Shown: one piece after another, positions 56,159-64,000 of the stretch
Layout of the letters: each line of letters begins with the position of its first letter
Position numbering within the stretch: position 1 is the first letter of the stretch
Origin: an uncultured Bacteroidales bacterium
Lineage (GTDB): Bacteria > Bacteroidota > Bacteroidia > Bacteroidales > UBA932
Direction: 5' to 3'
Assembly (NCBI GenBank): GCA_944323245.1
Contig: CALURT010000013.1
Span: forward strand, 274 to 64,273
DNA: 64,000 nt
Position numbers and translations under genes: made by a program
The notes under the pieces: model-generated
What the model was told of the DNA's origin: nothing
The model's input: the letters and a program-made list of their open reading frames with translations, nothing else
The model's database searches: none

Positions 56159-59100
56159 CTACCTGTCAGCCACACTCGTCATCCTGAAGGAATAGTCCGC
56201 ATTCCCGCGGTAATGAGGCGCATAGAGACATTCGATTTCAGCTGCCGGACAATTGAAAACCCCGCATTGCGTGACATGGAAAGTCTCACGAATCTGCATC
56301 TTCTCTTCCGGAAATACATCGAAATACCAGTTGCTCCTGTCAGCCTTGACCTCCCTGTAGGCGTATGGCCGGATAATCCGGAATCCGTCCATCCTGAGCG
56401 GCCCGAAAGAAAACCCTGCGTAGCCGGACAATTGTTTTTCCGGTCTCAGACAAGGATGATGCGGAGCTGACAGCCTTACGAAACTCCGGTTTTCGGCACT
56501 CCAGAGATCATAGACGGCCACGACCTTGTCCCCGACATTCAGCATGTCCCCGGCTCCGATTTTTTCGAAATCAGACAAATCACTCTGTTCGGAAACACCT
56601 GCCGGAATCCTGTAATATGCACATTGTACGGAAATTCCGTTGGATGCAGCCTTGATATCCTCGAAAGGCTTCACGTATTCTGCCGTCAGGACGAGTATTT
56701 TCGTCGACAGCAATTTCTCGGAACCGTCCATTACCGAGCCTATGGCGAAGAGGAATGCAGGGTCGGAAGACCATTGCTGGGTCTCTTTCTGCAGCATTAT
56801 CCACAGCCTGATGCCTTCGGCGATTGCCGAGGCGGAGCCGTCTGATTCACGTTCACCGTAGCGGGACATCAGATCGCAGATAAGATAATGGGCGTAGACT
56901 TCGTTTTCAAGAAGTCCCCGGAAAGGCAGCACTGCGTTTGGATAATACATTCCGCCTGAAGGATGGTTGACAGCATACTCTTTCAAAGACTCCATATAAC
57001 CGCGGACGGCTTTTCCCATCCGTTTGCCCGTCAGTCCTGCCGCTTCGGAAAAAGTATCTCCGCCGCCCGACTCCATGAAATTCAGCATCGTGGATATTCT
57101 CCGTGCCTTTGCAAGGATATATCCCGCAGGGTCGTCTTTCTTTTTCGGAACGAGATACTCCTTGACGGCTTTCCTGAAATTCTTCATTTCCTTTTTATCT
57201 GCGATGTCGTCCGGAAGCGGAATCCAGTTGTACATCGATCTTATATAAAGGTATTGTTCCAATGAGATTCCACCGCCCCATAAAGGATATTTTTCCACTG
57301 AAAACATTTCTCCGTCAAGGAATCGGACTGCTTTTTCCAACTGCTCCCCGCTTATGGCGGAAGACAGTTCCGGACTCCGTTGCATGATGGCAGCGAATCT
57401 TTCCAGCACGAGAGCCGTGATGACAGGAGATGAAACGGAACCTTTGAACCATCCGAACCCGCCGTCGTTGTTCTGATATGACAACACCTCTCCGGCCAGA
57501 CCCATCGCCTTTGCCGGTTCGGAGCCTTTCAGCCCGGAGGCCAACACATCAGCGAGAAGTACCCCGGACACGGACACAACGTCGGAACCTTCGTCCGACA
57601 CGGATTCCGGAATCGCCTTTTCAATCATCGAATAAACGGAAATTTCGCTTTTGACGGCCTTGCTGCCGTCCGTATTGACGAACATCCCCTGTAACTCTGC
57701 ATACAGAGAATCTGCATCCATGCTTTCATTCCATACGGCGGAATGCGATTCAGTCAATGTCTGTACGGCCTTTCTTACAGGGATTGTAACGAAGATGCCG
57801 TCGGAATAACCGTTTTCCGCACAGTAGACGAGCTTGATTCCGAGTGTGTCGACACCTTCAGGTACTTCGATGTCGAACGAGCCGCCTGCTGATTTCCCGC
57901 TTCCGACATTGCACGGCAGGCTGCTTACCGATACCGGAGTGGCGTTCTCATAGTCGGATCTGTCGTAAATATACAGTGTAGCCATGCCTTCCGAAGTCTC
58001 TCCGCTCATGTTGGACAAGGAGAATCTCAAAGAGTAACTGTCCTTTTCATAAAGGAAATCAGGCTGGACGACAGAAAGTTCCACCGGAAGTGAAACGGTC
58101 ATCTGTCGGCGCAATGTGTTGTTCCTCAAATTTCTGTCATGGGCGAAAACCGAGACATAGAATGTCGACAGCCTGTCTCCGGCATCGAACGAGAATCTTA
58201 CCGTACCGTCAGCGTCGGATTCCAGATGAGGATAAAATGCCAGCACCTTGCTGAAATTGTCCCGGATCTTCACCTCTGCAGCCCCGGCTTCAGCACTCCT
58301 TGATGAGGAATTTCCGTATGATACCGTAACGTTTTCAGAAAGAGCCATGTCCGATGCCGCAGCCTTGAACATTGGAGTTTCTTCTGTCAATTGGAATGGA
58401 ATGGCTTCAGAGCGTGAAGTTCTTTTCGGGTAGTAGCGACCCCATCCATCCACATCCCCGGTACAATACGCACAGCTGATGTATGAGTACGGCTTGGACA
58501 GGGATGTTATCCTGTTCCAGCGATTTGTCCGGAAAGCCTCCGTGCTCTTGTCGAAGACGGACACGAGACATTCCGTTCCCGGCTCAGTCGCAAGCTCATA
58601 ATGGCATTTGTCCCCTGAGTATGCCTTTTCCGTAAATCTCGAAAATACGAGAGGCAATGACGTATCCTTTTCCGGTCTGTCGAAATCGTGTGAATACCGG
58701 TATATGTCTCCGTTGCGGAAATACAGGACGGAAACTCTTACCGATTCGGGATATTCGTCCCTGTATTCGTATTTCAATTCGGTCAGCGAACCTTTCCTGT
58801 ACGGAATGCCGTCGAGATATACCGTTTCGGAGCGCAGGATGCTTCTGTCGCAGCCGAGAAGCTGCACTACGGCCCACACAGGTCCGTCCCCCGCTCCGAA
58901 CTGCAGTCGGATGTCTTCGGAACCTATGACCTTGAAATAATTTTCAGCCTTGAAGGTCAGAACGGAATCTTCAGGAGCGGTCTTTACAAGGTCGCAGACG
59001 AATTTCCTTTCCTCGTCCCTGAATGAGGCGCTTGCTTCCAACCGGAACATTCCCGAACCGTATGACGACAAATCTATCATGGCAGGTTCGCCGGTGCGGG

Positions 59101-61462
59101 CTTTGCTCTCTGACAATGTTTCACCGTCTTTCGAAATGCTGTATTCAATGACGGTATCCACTTCACAGTAATTTGCATTCCTTACAGAAAACGTCACGGC
59201 AGCCGTGTCCCCGTCCACGAGCATGGCCTTCGGGTCATAATAACCGTCTTCCCCTGGAATGCGGTGTATTGCCCCATCGGCCTCTGATATGGCCATGTCC
59301 AACCGGAAATCGGAAATGATGACTCCTGCCGATGCTTCCATGGTTTCGCCTGTGGCATCTGTAATTCTTATGTTCACCGAATAATAATCCCATATTTCCT
59401 TCAGAGGCTTTTCACTGTCATCTGCCTTGAAAATGACTGAGAACGAGCCGTCGTCGCCGGGATGCAATGCCCCTGAACTTATTTCCTCACCCGATTTGGA
59501 AACCATATATGAGATGTCGGCAGCCGAAAGGGAGCGTCCGGAGTAGCTTTCTATTTTTCCAGTCACTTCCACAGTGTCTCCCGGCAGATAACACTTGTCG
59601 ACGTCGTCGAATCCGATATGGAGATTCGGCAATTCGAATTCATCGACGGTAAGGGAGCTGCTGTCCAATGTCTTGCCGTTATGGAGCAGCCTGAGGACAA
59701 ATGTCCCGTTCCTTTGGTCGTCAGGAAGACGGAACGCCCCTGAAACAGAGCCGAAACCGTTTGTATATGTTGTCAGCGAATCGATGGCCTCGTTTTTGGC
59801 GTTCCGCAATTCCAACTTTACTTCAAGCCCCTCGTCCGCTACCTTGTTTTTCCCTGCTTTCTCACCTGAACCGAGGGTATAGAGAATGGCCTTGAAATTG
59901 AGCGTGTCTCCCGGATTGAACGCCGCCCTGTCCATGAATATCCTTCCTCCGAAAACTTCTTCGGGACTGTCCGCTCCGGATTCCGAAATTCTTCGTACCG
60001 GATTGAACCGCATTTCTTCGGATTTCCTGACAAACCCGTCCTTGTCCGTGTATGAGCATGATATGTAATACCATGCATCGGAATCCACTATAGACGGGAA
60101 ATCATTGCCGAGACGGGTGAATCCGTTGACGGACAATCCTTTTTCGGACCATATTTCCTTTCCCTGATATGACACGCTCACGTTGACCGTATCCGCAGGC
60201 CTGCCGCTCATGAAGTCTGCCGCATATATCGAGCACCCCTCGTCGTCGAACTGCATTGCCATGGAGACGGTATATCTCGACATGTGGAATTCTGTGGCGA
60301 TTTTCCCGTTCCTGCAGGTCACGTTGTAGTCCCCGTCATCCATTCCCGGGAGCAGGACTTCGACCGTATCTTCCGTATAATAGCTTTTCCTGTCATTCAG
60401 GACCGTCTTTTCAAAAATTATCCTGCCTTCCCCGTCTTTATTTTCGGGTATGGAGACAACGGTCACGTCGGCCCTGTCCATATTCTTGAAATAGACGGAC
60501 AACCTGTCGTTCACGGTTTTTGCAGCCAATCCCGGGGCGTCCATTTCCTTGATCAATTCCTTTACGGACGTCAGTTTCCCGACAAGTTTTTTTTCGTCAC
60601 CTTTCATTGCAGCCCGTCTTTCTTCAAAACCAGCACAGCTTTCTCTGAATTTACGGTAATCTTCGGACACTGCTTCGTCATTTTCCATTTCTTCGAATCT
60701 GTCCTGCAGGATGAGTGCTTCAGCGAACAGGGCTACGGCTTTCCCGTCATATTTCCTTGCGAATTCTTCGAGTTCTCCGGAATTTTCCTCCCTTGAGGCT
60801 TCAAGGAATTCCACGTATGCCTCCTGCGGGTATTTGCCGGAAAAAAGTTCTCTGAGAGCCTTTGCGGCGGATGCGAAAGTTTCATCGTCTCCGTATCTGT
60901 ATTCCGACATCAGGCAGGACCACAGCAGGTATTCGAGGTCGCATGAAATATTGTCCCTTAGATATTCCGGGAAACTTCCGCTGAGGTTCCGGTCGTATCC
61001 GTAGAATTGCGGTGACCTTCTGACAGCAAGGCCCTTGTCGGCGGTCAGGCTGTCGATGTCCGGAGTTTCTATCCTGCCTACGGGCAAATTCCGGGAGATA
61101 TTGTATGTCACCACCGGGTCACCGTATCCTACGGTCTTTTCCTCAATTTCATCCAAAACGTCGTCGAGCCGTTTCCAGTCCCTGCTGCGCACTGTCGCAT
61201 AATACTTTATGGACGCGTCGAAAAAGTCCCATGAAAGCCGTTTCGGGATTGCTTCGTCGATAATGTCTTTCAGAGTTTCTTCCTGTTTCTGCGGAAGATC
61301 CTTTTCCGCATACTTTTCGTAGGTTTCCCATTTCCTGACGAGAACATGTCCGTCCCCGTCCGTAGTCCTTTCTTTCATTACAAATGCTTCCGAACAAATC
61401 AGAGTTGCCGCAAATGCTGCAATTACGGCAAACCCCTTTCTCAAAGATTTCCCAAGTTCCAT
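56159..61462 (-). CDS. Bacterial alpha-2-macroglobulin family protein
   Basis: MG2 FMDRAAFNPGD, TNGFGSVSG, EFELP, RDNFSK...FYPHL, YQNNDGGFGWF, AEIECLYAP. Confidence 0.85.
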   Translation of the reverse strand: MELGKSLRKGFAVIAAFAATLICSEAFVMKERTTDGDGHVLVRKWETYEKYAEKDLPQKQEETLKDIIDEAIPKRLSWDFFDASIKYYATVRSRDWKRLDDVLDEIEEKTVGYGDPVVTYNISRNLPVGRIETPDIDSLTADKGLAVRRSPQFYGYDRNLSGSFPEYLRDNISCDLEYLLWSCLMSEYRYGDDETFASAAKALRELFSGKYPQEAYVEFLEASREENSGELEEFARKYDGKAVALFAEALILQDRFEEMENDEAVSEDYRKFRESCAGFEERRAAMKGDEKKLVGKLTSVKELIKEMDAPGLAAKTVNDRLSVYFKNMDRADVTVVSIPENKDGEGRIIFEKTVLNDRKSYYTEDTVEVLLPGMDDGDYNVTCRNGKIATEFHMSRYTVSMAMQFDDEGCSIYAADFMSGRPADTVNVSVSYQGKEIWSEKGLSVNGFTRLGNDFPSIVDSDAWYYISCSYTDKDGFVRKSEEMRFNPVRRISESGADSPEEVFGGRIFMDRAAFNPGDTLNFKAILYTLGSGEKAGKNKVADEGLEVKLELRNAKNEAIDSLTTYTNGFGSVSGAFRLPDDQRNGTFVLRLLHNGKTLDSSSLTVDEFELPNLHIGFDDVDKCYLPGDTVEVTGKIESYSGRSLSAADISYMVSKSGEEISSGALHPGDDGSFSVIFKADDSEKPLKEIWDYYSVNIRITDATGETMEASAGVIISDFRLDMAISEADGAIHRIPGEDGYYDPKAMLVDGDTAAVTFSVRNANYCEVDTVIEYSISKDGETLSESKARTGEPAMIDLSSYGSGMFRLEASASFRDEERKFVCDLVKTAPEDSVLTFKAENYFKVIGSEDIRLQFGAGDGPVWAVVQLLGCDRSILRSETVYLDGIPYRKGSLTELKYEYRDEYPESVRVSVLYFRNGDIYRYSHDFDRPEKDTSLPLVFSRFTEKAYSGDKCHYELATEPGTECLVSVFDKSTEAFRTNRWNRITSLSKPYSYISCAYCTGDVDGWGRYYPKRTSRSEAIPFQLTEETPMFKAAASDMALSENVTVSYGNSSSRSAEAGAAEVKIRDNFSKVLAFYPHLESDADGTVRFSFDAGDRLSTFYVSVFAHDRNLRNNTLRRQMTVSLPVELSVVQPDFLYEKDSYSLRFSLSNMSGETSEGMATLYIYDRSDYENATPVSVSSLPCNVGSGKSAGGSFDIEVPEGVDTLGIKLVYCAENGYSDGIFVTIPVRKAVQTLTESHSAVWNESMDADSLYAELQGMFVNTDGSKAVKSEISVYSMIEKAIPESVSDEGSDVVSVSGVLLADVLASGLKGSEPAKAMGLAGEVLSYQNNDGGFGWFKGSVSSPVITALVLERFAAIMQRSPELSSAISGEQLEKAVRFLDGEMFSVEKYPLWGGGISLEQYLYIRSMYNWIPLPDDIADKKEMKNFRKAVKEYLVPKKKDDPAGYILAKARRISTMLNFMESGGGDTFSEAAGLTGKRMGKAVRGYMESLKEYAVNHPSGGMYYPNAVLPFRGLLENEVYAHYLICDLMSRYGERESDGSASAIAEGIRLWIMLQKETQQWSSDPAFLFAIGSVMDGSEKLLSTKILVLTAEYVKPFEDIKAASNGISVQCAYYRIPAGVSEQSDLSDFEKIGAGDMLNVGDKVVAVYDLWSAENRSFVRLSAPHHPCLRPEKQLSGYAGFSFGPLRMDGFRIIRPYAYREVKADRSNWYFDVFPEEKMQIRETFHVTQCGVFNCPAAEIECLYAPHYRGNADYSFRMTSVADR

Positions 61463-61477
61463 GATAATGATGCAAGA

Positions 61478-62854
61478 TTAATGTCCTCCGGACCGATTCA
61501 AGAGTCCGCCAAGTTTGAGCGCAGCCATGGCTTCCGCCACCACATATGCGCTGCCGCCGATATATATCAAAGGTAATGCCTGAGACCCGGCTCTTTCGAC
61601 GGCCGCACTGACGGCATCTTTCACGGAATTGAAAGCCATGCAGTTCCCGCCTTTTGACTCTCTGAATTTTTCTGCAAGTCTGTTTGCCGGCAGAGCCCTT
61701 CGGCTTGAAGCCTCGGTGAAAAAATATTCGGCGTCGTCAGGCATCAGACGGACCACGGCATCGGAATCCTTGTCGGCGACCATCCCGTAGACGATGAGCA
61801 GTGACGAGCATTTTCCTTCGGTCTTCAATCTTTCCAATTCGGCAAAATTGTATTTCAGGCCATGGGCGTTATGCCCGATGTCAGCGATTATCAGAGGGCT
61901 TTCCGACAATTTTTCCCATCTCCCGTGAAATTCCATCCTTTCAGCAGTATGTATTATCGCATCTTCGACTGTCGTGTCGGTGCATGGCGGTATGTTTTCC
62001 CTCAATATGCCGACGGCGGTGAGGACGGTCCGCAGATTTTTCTCCTGATAGCTGCCTTGCAGGTCCATTTCACGGAGAATCCTTTCCCTGTCTTCCCAAA
62101 GCGCAGGGACTGTCTTGTCGGCGAATGTCAGCAGAGACATTATCTTTTTCCTGTCGCCCATGAATTCCTGTTCCGGAAGATTGGTGTACAGCACCTTCCT
62201 TTCGAATACGTCATCCGTTTCAGGGGAACTTTCCCCAATGACGACAGGTGTGTGCGGCTTGATTATCCCGGCTTTTTCAAACGCTATTTCAGGGAGGGTG
62301 CTGCCGAGGAGGTCGCAATGGTCGAGCCCGATGTTGGTTATGATCTCAAGGACAGGGGATATGATATTGGTACTGTCCAATCTGCCTCCGAGCCCCGTTT
62401 CGATTACGGCAATGTCCACATTCCGTCGTGCAAACCAGTCGAATGCCATCATGGTGGTGATTTCGAAGAATGAAAGATCGAGATGTTCGAAAACCTCCTT
62501 CCACCTCACAATAAAGTCGAACACCTCTTCTTTCTCTATATATTCGAGACTGTTTCCGTCGGAAATCCTCATCCTTTCCCTGAAATCGATGAGGTGCGGG
62601 GAAGTGTACAGCCCGGTTTTCAACCCGGATGCCGAAAGGACCGAGGCGAGCATGTTGGAAACGGAGCCTTTTCCGTTGGTGCCGGCAATGTGGATTGTCC
62701 TGTATCTGCGGTGCGGGTGGCCGAGGATGCCGTCGAACATTACCATGTGTTCAAGGCCCGGCTTGTATGCGCTCCTCCCGGCATTCTGGAACGACGGGAA
62801 ACGTACGAACAGGTCCTGCAGCAATTTATCGTAGGATTCTTCAGAATATTCCAT
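61478..62854 (-). CDS. folC: Folylpolyglutamate synthase / dihydrofolate synthase
   Basis: HIAGTNGKGS, YTSPHL, ETGLGGRLDSTN, IGLDH, DIGHN. Confidence 0.92.
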   Translation of the reverse strand: MEYSEESYDKLLQDLFVRFPSFQNAGRSAYKPGLEHMVMFDGILGHPHRRYRTIHIAGTNGKGSVSNMLASVLSASGLKTGLYTSPHLIDFRERMRISDGNSLEYIEKEEVFDFIVRWKEVFEHLDLSFFEITTMMAFDWFARRNVDIAVIETGLGGRLDSTNIISPVLEIITNIGLDHCDLLGSTLPEIAFEKAGIIKPHTPVVIGESSPETDDVFERKVLYTNLPEQEFMGDRKKIMSLLTFADKTVPALWEDRERILREMDLQGSYQEKNLRTVLTAVGILRENIPPCTDTTVEDAIIHTAERMEFHGRWEKLSESPLIIADIGHNAHGLKYNFAELERLKTEGKCSSLLIVYGMVADKDSDAVVRLMPDDAEYFFTEASSRRALPANRLAEKFRESKGGNCMAFNSVKDAVSAAVERAGSQALPLIYIGGSAYVVAEAMAALKLGGLLNRSGGH

Positions 62855-62973
62855 TGTACATGAGATTGATAGTGGTGCAAAAATAGTATTTTTGAGGGCA
62901 AAGCCAATTTTTGCGGAAAAGTTTTTGTATCTTTACAAGGATTTGTAAAGTGTTCCATTAACAGGGTTGAAAT

Positions 62974-64000
62974 ATGAAACGGCGAGTATCCGCATTCGAT
63001 TCCTATTATATCATCGACGGGGTGCAGACAGACAATACGCCCGGCCAGCTTTTGAACGACTGCATGGCTTGTCCGGAAATTTCCCCTGAAGACGGAGCGG
63101 TCCGGGAAACCATCGTGGACGAAATTGTGGATCCGTCTCCGACCATTGCCAGATATGATTTTTCCGATCCAATGCGATATACCGTTCCTGTCATGGAACG
63201 GGCTGGGAAAAACGGGAACGGCAGATGTCTTTATCCCGAGTCATACGCACGTCGCAGGATTGCCTGGGCCCTGACGGAAACCTTATGGCTGAAAGGCCAT
63301 TTTTCCCTTGAAGACATCGGAGTGGAACTGTCGTGGTCATGGGATTCTTCCCCTCTCGGGAATATGGCTGCCTTTTACCGTTCGGCGGAGTCTGCCGCAG
63401 GGTATCTTTTCGATTTGTCCGTGAAACTCCGCGGGTATGGTTTTACCGATGCAGAAGGCGAGACGGGAATCGACGTACGCACCTCGGTGAACGGCAGGGA
63501 GGAAGAAACCGACGGAAATGACGATGAGTACGATTTCCTCGACATGAAGTCAGGTGAAGAGGTGACCAAGCGATACTGCTGGGTTTCCGATGACCTGAAA
63601 TGCGGGAACCGCCTTTTGACCGACAATGAGAGCGACTGGCTGATATACATCCCGTTCGATACCTGCGATTTCCGCCTTGGCGGTTCGGTGTTCGAGACCG
63701 TGGCCGGAATCAGCGGAGATCCGGCTCCGGATATGGCCGATCCGGATTATTTCATGGATTGTTATGAAGTTATCCGGGAACTTGTGGAGGACGGTGTCGT
63801 GGTGGCGGGCAGGACGGTTGGTCCGGGCGGACTTGCGGCTGCAGCGGCTGCCATGTGCGGGAAAGACAGCGGTATCAATATGGATGTAAGCGGTATTGAA
63901 GCGGCTTATTCCGAGAAAAACATCATGAGGATTCTCTATTCGGAAATTCCGGGTGTCCTTATCCAGATCAGGGATGACGATTATGACTATGTCGATTCGC
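62974..64000 (+). CDS. Degenerate PurL (FGAM synthase)-like protein, runs off the window; missing from the ORF track
   Basis: Hand translation from ATG 62974 is open to the edge: MKRRVSAFDSYY...WALTETLW...FRLGGSVF...YFMDCYEVIRELVEDGVVVAGRTVGPGGL...ILYSEIPGVLIQI. Confidence 0.65.
   Translation, partial: MKRRVSAFDSYYIIDGVQTDNTPGQLLNDCMACPEISPEDGAVRETIVDEIVDPSPTIARYDFSDPMRYTVPVMERAGKNGNGRCLYPESYARRRIAWALTETLWLKGHFSLEDIGVELSWSWDSSPLGNMAAFYRSAESAAGYLFDLSVKLRGYGFTDAEGETGIDVRTSVNGREEETDGNDDEYDFLDMKSGEEVTKRYCWVSDDLKCGNRLLTDNESDWLIYIPFDTCDFRLGGSVFETVAGISGDPAPDMADPDYFMDCYEVIRELVEDGVVVAGRTVGPGGLAAAAAAMCGKDSGINMDVSGIEAAYSEKNIMRILYSEIPGVLIQIRDDDYDYVDS

Overview
This 64 kb window comes from a Bacteroidota (Bacteroidales-type) chromosome, judged from TAnnTTTG promoter boxes, mostly SD-less A-rich start contexts and gene content. 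Most of it is housekeeping: purF, phospho-sugar mutase, ndk, a DPP-IV-like peptidase, a RecD-like helicase, trkH, glnS, yicC, an ABC-2 transporter, holA, mtaB, folB, tamB, tsaD, a MATE pump, tRNA-Val(TAC), an alpha-2-macroglobulin and folC. Four parts stand out. (1) An eight-gene, ~10.4 kb co-oriented Ser/Thr phospho-signalling operon (25559-35938) has three Hanks-type kinases, three FHA domains, a membrane-anchored PP2C and an FHA-TM-trypsin protease. It also carries a probable dead trypsin-fold partner and a secreted helical protein. Two of its kinases share a near-identical ~0.93 kb catalytic module but carry unrelated membrane/sensor tails. (2) An AT-rich accessory patch (38054-41400) sits beside a lipoprotein class A2 beta-lactamase. 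It holds a RelE-like/XRE toxin-antitoxin pair bracketed by a 37-bp direct repeat, a clipped HIRAN gene, and an AbiE pair whose toxin has lost its catalytic half by deletion. (3) A 5'-nucleotidase metallophosphoesterase domain is fused in frame to a heparinase II/III-like lyase. (4) A family of ~120-bp palindromic intergenic elements shares a covarying core hairpin; one follows yicC and an A-B-A array lies in the tRNA-Val leader. A degenerate PurL-like ORF missing from the supplied track runs off the right edge. All family calls come from motif recognition by eye; no database search was run.
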